Shown here piece by piece: positions 25,392 to 37,605 of a stretch of DNA of 64,000 nucleotides. A model generated the notes under the pieces. The model was not told the origin of the DNA, did no database searches, and saw only the letters and a list, made by a program, of their open reading frames with translations. Every line of letters begins with the position of its first letter. Within the stretch, counting starts at the first letter, position 1. Location: positions 22,382,001 through 22,446,000 of the forward strand of contig JAQFVV010000005.1 in NCBI GenBank assembly GCA_028023455.1. The letters are read 5' to 3'. This DNA comes from Epiperipatus broadwayi. Lineage: Eukaryota; Animalia; Onychophora. The position numbers and the translations under genes were made by a program.

Positions 25392-26199
25392 ATAAGATAT
25401 TATAGTAAAAATAAAGGAAAAGGTGATTTTGGTAAATAAGAGTATTGTTTTTTTTCTTATTCCTCATTGTCAAAATCTATTGTCGTAGTGCTTCTTTTAT
25501 CTTCAATTATCTCTGTAAGATTGTGTAAACATTATTTTCACATATAAGTTAATATGGCTTGGTTGTAAATTCATCATGCTTCATTACCCAATTTCTTATC
25601 AGCGATATTACACTTAACCATATGTAGTAAATGCTACTTTTTGGAATAAAATAATCATAGATCTTGTTTCTCATTGCTTAGCATGTGATTATGTTTTACA
25701 TCATCTTTATCATAAATACTGCCTCATATCATTTAGTATATTAATAAAATTTTGAACTCAAGCTAAAGTTTCTGGATCAAGGCTCATTCTGCCACTTCTT
25801 ATGCTCAAACATCACATGACTCTGAGCAAATAACATTTTGATTATTTATTTATTATTAAACCTTTACATAAAATATACTGTAGTTAAACAATAGAAAATG
25901 GGGCATAGAAGACTTTTTTTAAAATATTTAAATCTCTACCATTCTTATTCTATTGCATTGCTTACTTTACATCTTTAAAAACCAACTCTTAATGGGCTTA
26001 TGTTTAATTTAATTTATGTCATACAATTGTTTTTTGTAACTGAAAAACTTTGTTTGGTATTCAAAATTGTAAGAATTAAGTAAAGCATTATTAAAAGATT
26101 TTTAGGATGATTGTGGTTTTAAAGATTTTTTTTTATTTTACAATATCTATTTTAAGTAATAACCTGTAGATTTATACTTTACATTTGTCTTCAATATGA

Positions 26200-26558
26200 T
26201 AATATTAAATCGTGCTATCACACTTCCAACGTAAAGCTGTCAACAAATAGAAAACTAAATTAAATGGCTGAGTGCTTTTAAAAAGATGTACTTCTCATAT
26301 TCATAGCCAGTTATGATTCTTTCTTTGAAATCATTATATAAATAAATAAATACCATATGCAAATTCTATGCAAATGAGTAACTAAGACCATCTTTTAGAT
26401 ATAGCAAAACAAGCATCCTTACGATTAATGGTGAAGGAGTCCTCTGCTATAAAGTAAGCTTCTTTTACCTTTGCCTAATAAAGCACTCAGCCATTTAATT
26501 TAGTTTTCTATTTGTTGACAGCTTTATGTTGGAAGTGTGACAGCACGATTTAATATTA
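26200..26558. repeat. Inverted repeat, ~80 bp arms, ~200 bp spacer
   Basis: 26200-26279 vs 26480-26558, two mismatches seen. Confidence 0.8.
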
Positions 26559-27474
26559 TAATATCTATTTTAATACTTCTATTATCATTACATAATTGTT
26601 ACATACTCCTATCTATACATGAAAATCAAGATCATGTAAAGATCATTATGATGTGAATAATAAAATAATGTTTACAGAAGTACTTCCTAATTCATTAAAG
26701 ATTCAGTGGAACATTTTTTCTTTTCTTTGGTCACTAACTTGATAAGAGTGAAAGGATTTACATTAAATCCTTAAACTAATCTTTGATATATTTTAATTTG
26801 GCATAATCTACATTATAACATCAGTAATTCAATTAAGATTTTAATGATGATAGTTTAATTATATGTTAATTAAACACTTGAATGACAATTATGAATAATA
26901 TGCAATATAAACATTAGCTTGTAACCCATGTAATGGATTTGCTAATAATAAATCTTTTCCATGATTGGTCACACTTATTACTTATTAATGTGAACTGTAG
27001 CATTATGTTTTGGCTATGCAAATCATGTATAGAACAATTTTCTTCATTGCATTCCAGAGCCATCTGTGTGAGCTTGAATAATTAAGAAAATTAGATGATA
27101 ATGTTATTGTACTCACATTCAGAATTATTCTATCCATGTGTGGATATGGGAAAAGTTTGTTATTGTATATTTATACTAATAAGCTTATTTTACAAATTTA
27201 AAATAATGAATATCTATTTACAACAATATTTGCCTAAATTTAGGCATTGTTTTGTGAATTTGAAAAGTACTTTTTAAATTTACTCAATCCATTAATTAAT
27301 TAATTGGTTGGGAATGAAAATAGAAGTTGTCCCTGTCTAATGAAGGAAGTTAGTTAAATAAGTCATGTGATGAAATACTTTAGCATAATCGTATTTTTGT
27401 TGTCACCATATTGTTAATATTTTAATCATTAGATAAATTTATTTGAGGGTTAAACTGAATTGTTATCATTTAAG

Positions 27475-27597
27475 CTTCACCCAAATGTACTCCACGATCT
27501 TGTGCTAATGGTGCTAAATGCTTAGTTAAGGGTCAGAAAATAGTTTGCAAATGTCCACCAGGTACATCCGGTGATCCATTTAACTCTGGATGTAAAA
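27475..27597 (+). CDS. EGF-like exon 5 (type A)
   Basis: taag|...|gtaagt, 123 nt: SPKCTPRSCANGAKCLVKGQKIVCKCPPGTSGDPFNSGCK (AAG acceptor). Confidence 0.88.
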
Positions 27598-27688
27598 GTA
27601 AGTAATAATTTATTAAAACACTACATTTTAAAATTACTTTATTATAAATTCTATTTTAGAAAAAAATTATTATTTTTTTATTATTTAG

Positions 27689-27823
27689 GCATTAACATGT
27701 GTGATTTAATATCATGTGGTCCAGGAGCTCAGTGCGTTAATGGCTATGGGGGTCATAAGTGTGTTTGCCCTCAAGGAACAACTGGTAACCCTGATAGAGA
27801 AGGATGTATTATTATTCCTCCCC
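27689..27823 (+). CDS. EGF-like exon 6 (type B)
   Basis: tttag|...|gtaaga, 135 nt: INMCDLISCGPGAQCVNGYGGHKCVCPQGTTGNPDREGCIIIPP. Confidence 0.93.
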
Positions 27824-29254
27824 GTAAGAAATTTTCATTTTTAAAATAATAATATTTTAATAGAATTGATGTATTAATTCAACAATTTTTTTTCAAAATT
27901 TTTTTAATATATTTTTATTTTGTCATAAAGTAAAAAAAAAAAATTAAATATTTTTATTGTCATCTTTTATTGCACTCATAAAAAGTTAGCTGTCTATATA
28001 TATTCTATAATTTTTATACATAAATAGTTTTTTGAAATCTTGCCGTTTCTATATATGCCTATATAACACCAGAGGAAATGCTAATATATTGGACATGTAA
28101 TCAGGTGCTACATATTTATGCCCTCTTTTCTATTTGTAAACTTAACATTAACACATATATAAAAGTTTATATTAAAAGTTTTCATGATAACAGATATAAA
28201 GGATATACTTTTCAGGTTTGTTTGTGTGCCATTACCACTAATGCTGCACTAAAATTTATCTAGATTATATCTTCTGCCTTTACCCAAATGATGGCAAAAT
28301 GCAGTCCAACTGCAATGTTAGTGCAACATTAGTGTTAATTATATATGTATGAACCCAAAAAATATATTATTTATAAAAGTGTGTGTGAGTCTATATAGAA
28401 AAGGTTTTAATAGTACGATAGTAGAATACTTACTTGTCTTTCTAAACTTGGATTTGAACTAGGATTGAGTAAACTTGAAAATTTTTTTAACAAGCTTGGT
28501 ATTTTTTAATTAGGCCATTGGCATGTAGCCAACCCAATTATCTATCCAATATTAATCATATGTTACTTTTAAACAAGTATTTCAAATGGAATGAAATTAA
28601 ATTAACAATTTTTTATTTTCAAAAAGAGTACATATTTCAATGAGCAAACAGTTTAGAGTTGATTATGATTGTTTCCTAATATTACATGTTTTGATAACAA
28701 ATAGTAAAACAGCAATGTTACTGGAAACAACTATTATTGGTCAGCTCTGATTCTCATATTATTATGGCTAGGTTAATGATTACACATTGGTCTATTTTAA
28801 TTGCTTTACAGTTACTAGCTTTTTTATTACCAAGCATATTATTTGTATCAGCACTGTAGCCTATGTTTTTAAATTGATTTTTGTAATGACTGTTATTTTG
28901 CAAAACACAATGTTAAATTGAATTTGGTGGCCTATTGCTTTGATTAATTAGTTAAAAATATTGGTTGTTTTACTTCTCAACTAATAATGGGATTGGTTTT
29001 TAGTCTTGCTTTTTCAATCCATACTTTTATATTTGATAGTATACTAAATAAAAGCTGTTTTTATTTATCGCAGCAATCAATAAATGAATATTTAGCTATT
29101 TTTAACTAAAGCATAAAGCAATGATGAAAAATCATACAAACGTTCACTACCTGAAAATTAGCAACCCTGGCAAGTACTTTCTCCTTCATTATTCTTCTAT
29201 AACAACTATTGGAAAGGTCTTCGCTTTGCAGTTGGTTATTTAAAATGTTCTTTA

Positions 29255-30820
29255 TATCTACTGTAATGTTTTACGTTTTTATATAGGTCTTTTATATTAC
29301 ACACTATAAAGTGCTAGTTAATCAAACTATAGAAAAAGAATATGTATGAGTTTGGATACTTCATGAACATAGTTATATTTCCTGATTAACTGACCTAATA
29401 ATATTATTTATGATTTGAAATGCTGACTAAGTTAGTTTTTAATTTGTTTAACAGGGCACCAAAATCCGTAGACTCAGTAACTTTCATCGCATATTAAATG
29501 TTGTAGATTCGCAGCAAATAACTAAAATGTAATATTTTAGAAAGTGCACTTTTTTTTATCACTAAAACACCTGTAGAGGTCCCTACTATCGCATTTTACA
29601 CGCATATTATCGAGGTTATAGCCTCAGTAAATATTATTTAATCATTTATATGAATTTTTTCTGGGCTTAACTATTAACAAGCATATTGGCAAACGTAATT
29701 TATATATTTCTTAAAACAATCTTTTTAATAATAAAATCTAAATAACTAAAATTAAGAGCATATACGGAAAAGTTGATATTAAAAATAAATATTTTATTAC
29801 GACAAATTAAAGTATTTTAAAAGATAAAATGGAAAGAACTTACACATGCTCACAGGTAATATTAATAAAATAATTAATCTTTCCTATTACAATTTTTTTC
29901 TTATGTTTTTTCTAGAAGTAATCCATGGATAAATTGAATGTCTCTTTGAATAATAAATAAGTGAATGTCTCTGTTGGTGTTAGAAGTTTCTAGTTAAAGT
30001 TTATTTGCAAACATTTAATTAGGCACAAATCAGAATATGAATAATAGTAGCTTATTGGTAAGATATGCGGATCTATGTAGATCGTAGATTATTGTAGCAT
30101 ACATGTATGAAAGTGCCAACAGAAGACATCAAAATTAACTACTGAGCTTTTTCAACACAAGAAATACATGTGTGCTACAATAATCTATGATCTACATTGA
30201 TCCGCATATCTTAACGATAAGCTATTGTTATTCATGCTTTGATCTTTGACTAATTAAATGTTTGCAAACTAACCTTAACTATGAAGCTTATAATACCAAT
30301 ATAGACATTCACCTAGAAGATACTTAAGTGTAATATGAACGTTGAATTATTTGTTGTAGCATGTGTATGTTCTTTCCAATTTTATTAATAATTTATCGTT
30401 AAATATTCTAATTGGTTTTAATAAAATATTTAGCATTAATATAACACTTTTGTTGTACACTCTTAATTTTAATTATTAGAATTTATTCAGTAGAAATTAC
30501 CTTTGCCAATATGATTATTTAATAATTAAGTCCACGGAAATTTCTTAAAAAATATTAAATTTAGTTATTTATTGTGAATCTGCTTGATGAACGTTAGTGA
30601 GTCTACAGACTGGTGCCTTCATAAATAAATTAAAAATAATTCCATCGGCAATTCAAGCTGCAAGAAATTATTAGGTCAATTATTTAGGAAATATAACTAT
30701 GTTCTTGAGATATCTAAACTCATACATGAACGGAAGATTTTTCTTTTTCATAGTTTGATTAACTAGCACTTTATAGTGCGCAATATAAGACCTAAATACA
30801 AATGTAAAACATTACAATAT
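29255..30820. mobile_element. ~1.6 kb old degenerate fold-back with a nested F3 fragment
   Basis: Arms are reverse complements around ~30135 (e.g. CACTATAAAGTGCTAGTTAATCAAACTAT vs ATAGTTTGATTAACTAGCACTTTATAGTG). Confidence 0.7.
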
Positions 30821-31510
30821 GTGTATATTAAAAATTCATGTAATATTAAGTCTTAAAATTTCCTTCTACTTCTCTTTCTAATTAAGTATTCATGCACCAT
30901 CTACACTACTTTCTAAAATTCTATCACCTATTGATAAAATTAATTAATTTTTGGTCGACATATATTTCAGGCTCTGTTCTCCAGGGCAGTTTTGTAGTTA
31001 TCTCTGCATTATTTTTGAATTATCTATCACAATATGGAAGCATAAAAAATAAAAAGAAATATCCTTACAGTTTCAATGATTACAAATTTATTCTTGTTAC
31101 TTTCAAATATAAAAATGTTTTTTCAATATTGTCTAAATCTAAACCTTTACATATTTCATGTTCTATACTTGTAATAGAAAATTTATAAGTTGTTCTTGTG
31201 TTGTGTTTGAATATAAAAAAGTTTGTTATTAATTTCAATTTAGAAAAGATCTTTCCTCTAAAGCAATTAACTGTTAATGACAATGCCAGAAAAATAAGTA
31301 ACACTATTATTAAATTTGAAAACAATACATTTAAATGTAACAAAAATCAAATGACTTTATAGTTTCTAACACAGTTTGTAAGTAAATGAAAATAAATTCC
31401 TTCTCATTTAATAACATGAGAGAAATCTTCTTTATGCATTAATAAAATTATAAAAAAATTAATCAAACCACTTTTCGTATTGCTTTTACAATGCTTATTT
31501 TATTAAAATT

Positions 31511-31550
31511 AATCTGACAGTTTTGATTGACCAGCAGTCTTCTTCAGAGC
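31511..31550 (-). ncRNA. Degenerate F5 hammerhead motif
   Basis: Minus strand GCT-CTGAAGA-A-GACTGCTGGTCAATC-AAAAC-T-GTC-AGATT (G12 mutated). Confidence 0.5.
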
Positions 31551-31917
31551 TATAACATATATATAAATATATGAACCATTAGAAACCAATCAACATTTAG
31601 ACAATCCCAATATAGATAACAATCAAGAATTTCAAACTGTTGTCAAGGCAACCTCCTTTTAGTAATAGAGGTAGAATCCACTTTCATTAATGGTTTCATA
31701 TATTTATAAAGACACTAAAGATTGTAACTTCTATTACAGAGATTGAAATTAAATATATGAATACACAAATACTTAATAATAATAATATAAACAAAACATC
31801 ATACTTCCTTATAAATGACTCATTTTCTCTATATCTTACTATGTTTAGATATACACATATATAATAATTAATAAAACAAGACAAAAATTGTGTAACTTGC
31901 TTTTTAGCTTGTACTAA

Positions 31918-32024
31918 ATGTTCACTAGGTGGAGCTTAGCACTATCTCTTAATAAGCTTTAAATTATAAGTGCCGAAATTTAAAGTTTGTTAGGAGCTAG
32001 TGGTAAGCTCCACCTAGTGAACAT
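31918..32024. repeat. Short inverted repeat (~33 bp arms)
   Basis: ATGTTCACTAGGTGGAGCTTAGCACTA / TAGTGGTAAGCTCCACCTAGTGAACAT. Confidence 0.75.
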
Positions 32025-32866
32025 ACACATATATGTATGTATACATCCCAAATGTACTTATTGATTATAATAATATATGCATATATTGCTGGATGGTGAA
32101 AGTTTGAATGGTTTTTCATCCATGTTCTTACGCTCTAGCTAGGGATAATTAGATATCCATTTATCAACCAATATTAGATCATAATCTGGTTGGTTATAAA
32201 CTGTTAGCTGAAAACAAAATCTAATCTGGTATGTGGGTATATATACATACACATATCCATTGCAAATTTTTGCAACAATTATAATGATAAAATATTTTCT
32301 TTATAATTATAATGATAGAATATTACAATGCAGGAACAGGTATAAGAGCTGAGGAGATCTCTGAGCACTATCAGTATAAACAAGCTGACTTCTAGTTATG
32401 CTGGTAATTTAATAAATTTGTTACAAGATGGCCCTGACCATTTCTTTCTGAGTTCCCAAGATGTCATATGGGAAATTGATTTGAATTATAACAGAGGAGT
32501 GAATATTAAATAAGCACATATATTAAAGCATACACTATTGGTTTTATTTAAATTTATATGATAGAACTTTATTCACTCACAGTAATCCTATTAAAATAAT
32601 TGTGCTCAAATAAGGAAATCTAAAACCCAACCTTTTAGAAATATCATCTATTTAGTGGATCATATTATTGAGCACATTGCATTGTATACTATGCATTTAT
32701 GTTCTTAACTGAAATGAATGAAGAATAGAAGGACTTGTATTTTTATATTGAGCTATTTCCATCATCTAATATATGTATTGAATGACTTTAGAAAAATTTA
32801 ACTTTATTTAAATATTCCAAATACATTCAACTGTTAGTAATAGCACATCAAACAGGTTAGTATATG

Positions 32867-32909
32867 CACAACATTTCGAGAGCTATTATTCTCCCCTCTT
32901 CTTCAGGTG
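32867..32909 (-). ncRNA. Hammerhead motif in a PLE terminal repeat (probable CpG decay)
   Basis: CAC-CTGAAGA-A-GAGGG(gagaataatag)CTCTC-GAAA-TGTT-GTG. Restoring TG to CG gives palindromic ACGT stem III, GUU site and CAC/GTG stem I. Confidence 0.6.
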
Positions 32910-32934
32910 TTGCTGGCCTGACCAGTGACAGTAC

Positions 32935-33017
32935 TAGCATGGGATTTGAATCTGGATCCTTAGATTCTTGAATATTGAATTTTAAGGTAACGCTCTAACC
33001 AAGTGAGCCATCCTGCC
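32935..33017 (-). promoter_or_regulatory. tRNA-derived head with Pol III A and B boxes
   Basis: GGCAGGATGGCTCACTTGGTTAGAGCG (A box) ... GATTCAAATCCC (B box). Confidence 0.65.
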
Positions 33018-33054
33018 AAAGGCAACAGTTAATAGAAATCTCATATACTTACCT

Positions 33055-33250
33055 ATGACATTCCTCCTGATTTCTCCACTTTTTCATAAGAGCAAAGTTG
33101 ATTAGTGGTTTTCATACCTTATGTATAGTCACATTAGGTTGGCTTATGGGAATTTTTGCCATTGTAATGTGAGCAGCTTCTTGAAATTTTCTTCTTTGTA
33201 CCTTTTCTTCTCTATCCAATATTTTTGCATTTTCCCAATTGAACATGTTT
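33055..33250 (-). pseudogene. Penelope-like element GIY-YIG endonuclease C-terminal remnant
   Basis: With one frameshift and W>stop: MFNWENAKILDREEKRYK/RKFQEAAHITMAKIPISQPNVTIHKV*KPLI, matching the PLE end pattern F.W.N..IL..E...RK..EA..I...W.PLI as I recall it. Confidence 0.7.
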
Positions 33251-33442
33251 ATTGGAAATAGTCCAATATAAAAATACAACTAGAACACCATCATCACAAA
33301 CCTTTAGGAAAACAATAGAAGGACTTATTTTCTATGAGTCAATATGCTGCAATTATAATGCTAAAGTTGAATAAAGAAATTAGTAAAATTAGATTAGCAT
33401 ACTTGTTTTTTAACTTATTGTCTTGTTTTTTTTATATTTTAG

Positions 33443-33565
33443 CTCCTGTCAAATGCACTCCAAATACATGTGCTTCAGGTGCTCTATGTTCAATGAATTA
33501 TCAAAAAATTGTTTGTAGATGCCCAGTTGGAATGACTGGTGAACCATATAGAATTGGTTGTAAAG
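33443..33565 (+). CDS. EGF-like exon 7 (type A)
   Basis: ttttag|...|gtaaga, 123 nt: PVKCTPNTCASGALCSMNYQKIVCRCPVGMTGEPYRIGCK. Confidence 0.93.
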
Positions 33566-34647
33566 GTAAGAGTAATAAAAAAATAAATAAAATTATTGCT
33601 TATCAAATATACTGAATTTTAGATGCATTTATTTGAAATTTCAATTCAAGTATTTTTATAAAAATAATAACATTATTTCAATTTTTATATTTGTTTTTAA
33701 ATAAATAACACCTTATTAGGAACAAGTGTTATATTATTTCAATACAAAAAACTGTTTTCAGTAACATTTTGTTATCTTTTTCAATGTAAATATGTATAAA
33801 TGTTAATACCTATATATAAATAGAGAGAGAGAGAGAGTGACATGTGGAGTTTGTTTTTTTTTAATTATAATTTTTTAAATAATATATTCCACAGTGAATA
33901 AAAACATGGCATTATTACTTATATTTTGTATATAATTATGCAGACAGACTGAAATTATTTTTCAGATGATGGAGTGTTTTGGACATATTTTTATAAATTG
34001 TTATTTTAAAATAACTTTAAAAGAAAAAAAAATCAATAATGGTGAAAATCTGGAAAAATGATGGCCAGGTGATTTTTGATCTACATGTAATTAATCTGCC
34101 ATTAAATGTTCAATAACGGCACTCCATTGTTCCTATATGCAGTATGGATACTGTTTCTCCTTGTGAAAATCTCATATCAAATCTGTGATCTTATGTCACT
34201 CTCCAATCACTTTATATGCATTCACTTTAACATTTTCAAAGAGTTAAGGGTCACTAATTTGTGGCTCAGTACTAAATTGTATATTTGAAGAGATTAAGTT
34301 GTTGTTGGAAGCTTGTATTTTCACCACCCAAATCCAGAAATTTAGTTATTAATAAAACCATTTAAGTGGAAATGGACTTAATTGAATATCATCAGTCCAC
34401 TGAATAAACCCATTTTTATTATAATGGTGATTTAAAAATAAAATTAAATAATCTTTGTCATTTGTTTGGGCAGATATTTAATAGTGAAAAATTTCTTGGA
34501 TTTTTATTGAATTCTTGTAATATAAATAAATAGATTATAATTTAAAAAGTCATTTTAGTTTTAATATATGGAAAAGCTATTATTACCATAATCTCTTGGA
34601 AGTATATATTTACAAAAATATATAAAATATTTAAATACAAGTATATT

Positions 34648-35878
34648 GAGATATTATTTTATATAGCGCTATGTTTATTTATGTAATAGTAATATTAGCG
34701 ATTAAGCCAATGCACATGCGCTTTAAAGAGATTATATAAATGAATACTCAATTTTCCAGACACGAGATATAGTATTTTTAGAAAGAATGGAATGAATCCA
34801 CCCATTCTTTCTGACCCAAACGTTTATGTATGGGCAAATCTTAAGTGTGTGGAAATAAGAGTGTGAGATGTTACACGATCACTTTAAATTACATTTGTTA
34901 AGTTTGAACGAATGACACTTTGCAAAATCTTTACAATTTACGAACCGTCATTCTTTAGTTGAAATTAAACATATATAATGAGATATTATTTTATATAGTG
35001 CTATGTTTATTTATGTAATAGTAATATTAGCGATTAAGCCAATGCACATGCGCTTTAAAGAGATTATATAAATGAATACTCAATTTTCCAGACACGAGAT
35101 ATAGTATTTTTAGAAAGAATGGAATGAATCCACCCATTCTTTCTGACCCAAACGTTTATGTATGGGCAAATCTTAAGTGTGTGGAAATAAGAGTGTGAGA
35201 TGTTACACGATCACTTTAAATTACATTTGTTAAGTTTGAACGAATGACACTTTGCGAAATCTTTACAATTTACGAACCATCATTCTTTAGTTGAAATTAA
35301 ACATATATAATAAGATATTATTTTATATAGTGCTATGTTTATTTATGTAATAGTAATATTAGCGATTAAGCCAATGCACATGCGCTTTAAAGATTTGCCC
35401 ATACATAAACGTTTGGGTCGGAAAGAATGGGTGGATTCATTCCATTCTTTCTAAAAATACTATATCTCATGTCTGGAAAATTGAGTATTCATTTATATAA
35501 TCTCTTTAAAGCGCATGTGCATTGGCTTAATCGCTAATATTACTATTACATAAATAAACATAGCACTATATAAAATAATATCTCATTATATATGTTTAAT
35601 TTCAACTAAAGAATGACGGTTCGTAAATTGTAAAGATTTCGCAAAGTGTCATTCGTTAAAACTTAACAAATGTAATTTAAAGTGATCGTGTAACATCTCA
35701 CACTCTTATTTCCACACACTTAAGGTTTGCCCATACATAAACATTTGGGTTGGAAAGAATGGGTGGATTCATTCCATTCTTTCTAAAAATACTATATCTC
35801 GTGTCTGGAAAATTGAGTATTCATTTATATAATCTCTTTAAAGCGCATGTTCATTGGCTTAATCGCTAATATTACTAT
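34648..35878. mobile_element. F6b: 332 bp unit, ~2.2 tandem copies then ~1.5 inverted tandem copies
   Basis: Units start 34648, 34980, 35312; strand switch at ~35390 through AAGA microhomology. Direct repeat TACAAGTATATT at 34636-34647 and 35879-35890; units ~99% identical. Confidence 0.9.
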
Positions 35879-35894
35879 TACAAGTATATTATAT

Positions 35895-36125
35895 ACTGAA
35901 CTTAATGTGTTTAGAAGGGATTTGAACTCAGACTATCAAGCTCCCTACAGCTATGCACACCATCTTATACGACTGATATACATGACCACATACATGTGAA
36001 AAAGATAAATGATCTCCAATATATGCATTTCGTGCTGAACCAGCACTCACATGTATGTGATCATGTGTATCGATTGTATAAGATGGAGTGGATAAATGTA
36101 GGGAGCTTGAAAGTCTGAATTAAAA
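35895..36125. mobile_element. F2 fold-back copy
   Basis: Shares AAGATAAATGATCTCCAATATA...GCTGAACCAGCACTCA with 1760-1820; palindromic arms. Confidence 0.6.
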
Positions 36126-36384
36126 TATAGAAATATGGTTACTGGCAGTAGAGTAATAATAAATCAACAGTTTCCATGTACAATAAATTTAAATGAAGTT
36201 GTGATGTTGCTAACTGAAAAATGAACATTTTACTAAATCTAAATTTAATCTCTAAATTGAAAATCATTACCGATAAACACAATTTATCAATATCAGAATT
36301 CAAGAATGTATACAAGTTTATCACAATTAAATGTGTTTATCAAATTTTGACTTGATATTACTGTTGAAGTTATTTAAATGATAC

Positions 36385-36945
36385 TACAGATGGAAACATA
36401 ATGAAGGAAATTAATCATAGAATTAAACTTGGTTGGAGTGCTTTTGGTAGAAATAACTTGATACTAAAAGGAAATATGCCTATGTGTTTGAAAAGGAAGA
36501 TTTTTAACAAATGTGTTTTACCAGTTCTTACTTATGGATCTGAGACTTGGACACTTAATAGAAGAGCAATACAGAGACTTCAGACCACTCAGAGAAGTAT
36601 GGAGAGATGCATGTTGGGAGTAACAAGAAGAGATCGAAAACGCAATGTATGGGTAAGAGAACAAACAGGTATTACTGACCTTATTGAAAAAATTAAAAGA
36701 TTGAAGTGGAGTTGGGCTGGACATATTGCTAGAAGAGATGATAGTAGATTGACAATTGAAATCTTAAACTGGATTCCAAGAGATTTTAAAAGACACAGAA
36801 AGAGACCACATATGAGATGGATGAAATAAGAAAATGTACAGGGGTGATGTGGAGAAAAGAAGCTAAAGATCAGAGAAGATGGATTGAACTTGGAGAGACC
36901 TTCATCCTGTAGTGGATTGATAATGGTTGTTGATAATGATGACGA
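36385..36945 (+). mobile_element. RTE-clade LINE 3' fragment
   Basis: ORF 36401-36829 EINHRIKLGWSAFG...VLTYGSETWTL...KWSWAGHIARR...RW is the typical RTE post-RT region; ends in a (TGA/TTG)-like tail. Confidence 0.88.
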
Positions 36946-37497
36946 ATAAAGATATACTTTAAAGTTTATTAAGTTCATAAAATAATATATAATATTTATT
37001 TAATAAAAAACTGTTATTGATAAAATAAAATCATGTTTTGAATATAATCATTATGATTGACATAAATGTAAACAATTTTGAATTCCAATAATTGATGAAA
37101 TGCATTTGATCAGTGATGATTGATAATCATCTCTTTGGTCCAGTAAAATGTCATTAGTAATTTGAAATTTTAGTCATTTCAATTGTTTATATATTATTAT
37201 ATTCATGACATCAACATTATTTAAGCATTTTATACACACATACATATATATGTATTGTAGTTAATGAGAACATTTTAAGATCTTTAAATTTTAATATCAT
37301 TAATTGTTGTTTAACATAAAATAAGTAGACTGATTCGCATATATGTTTCAATTACGCCAAATCCTCATCAGATATGCTAGAGACCTAAATATCGACCATG
37401 TTAGAAAGTGACCAGAATTTCTCACATAAATATGTTCTTATGATATACTTTATTTTTAAAATGTGAATATAATTAATTCAGTAAATTTATTTTTTAG

Positions 37498-37605
37498 ATA
37501 TTTGTGAAACAATAGAGTGCGGCAAAAATGCTGAATGCATCTCCGAAAGCCAGGGAAAATGTCAATGCAAAGATGGATACGTTGGAGATCCTGATAAAGA
37601 ATGTC
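37498..37605 (+). CDS. EGF-like exon 8 (type C)
   Basis: tttttag|...|gtaagt, 108 nt: ICETIECGKNAECISESQGKCQCKDGYVGDPDKEC. Confidence 0.92.

Noticed and set aside
32935-33017. Functional tRNA gene
   Set aside because: A and B boxes are present but I cannot fold a proper anticodon arm or acceptor stem, and no terminator follows; it is part of a repeat.
34648-35311. Endless ORF on a circular F6 unit
   Set aside because: 332 and 337 are not multiples of three and the ORF track shows no ORF of 60 aa or more on either strand there.
24649-35878. Canonical hammerhead inside the F6 unit
   Set aside because: F6a has a loose look-alike (TTGAAGA...CTCTC-AAAA-GG-CACGTG), but C3 and G12 are wrong, and the near-intact F6b has CTGGAAA...TTTAAAGCGCAT at the homologous place. 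Not callable as a hammerhead.
34648-35878. Assembly or amplification artefact, or random dinucleosome-size eccDNA reinsertion, as the origin of the array
   Set aside because: Units carry distinct substitutions, the array has a flanking 12 bp duplication, and a diverged homologue 10 kb away has the same breakpoint. Raw-read support should still be checked.
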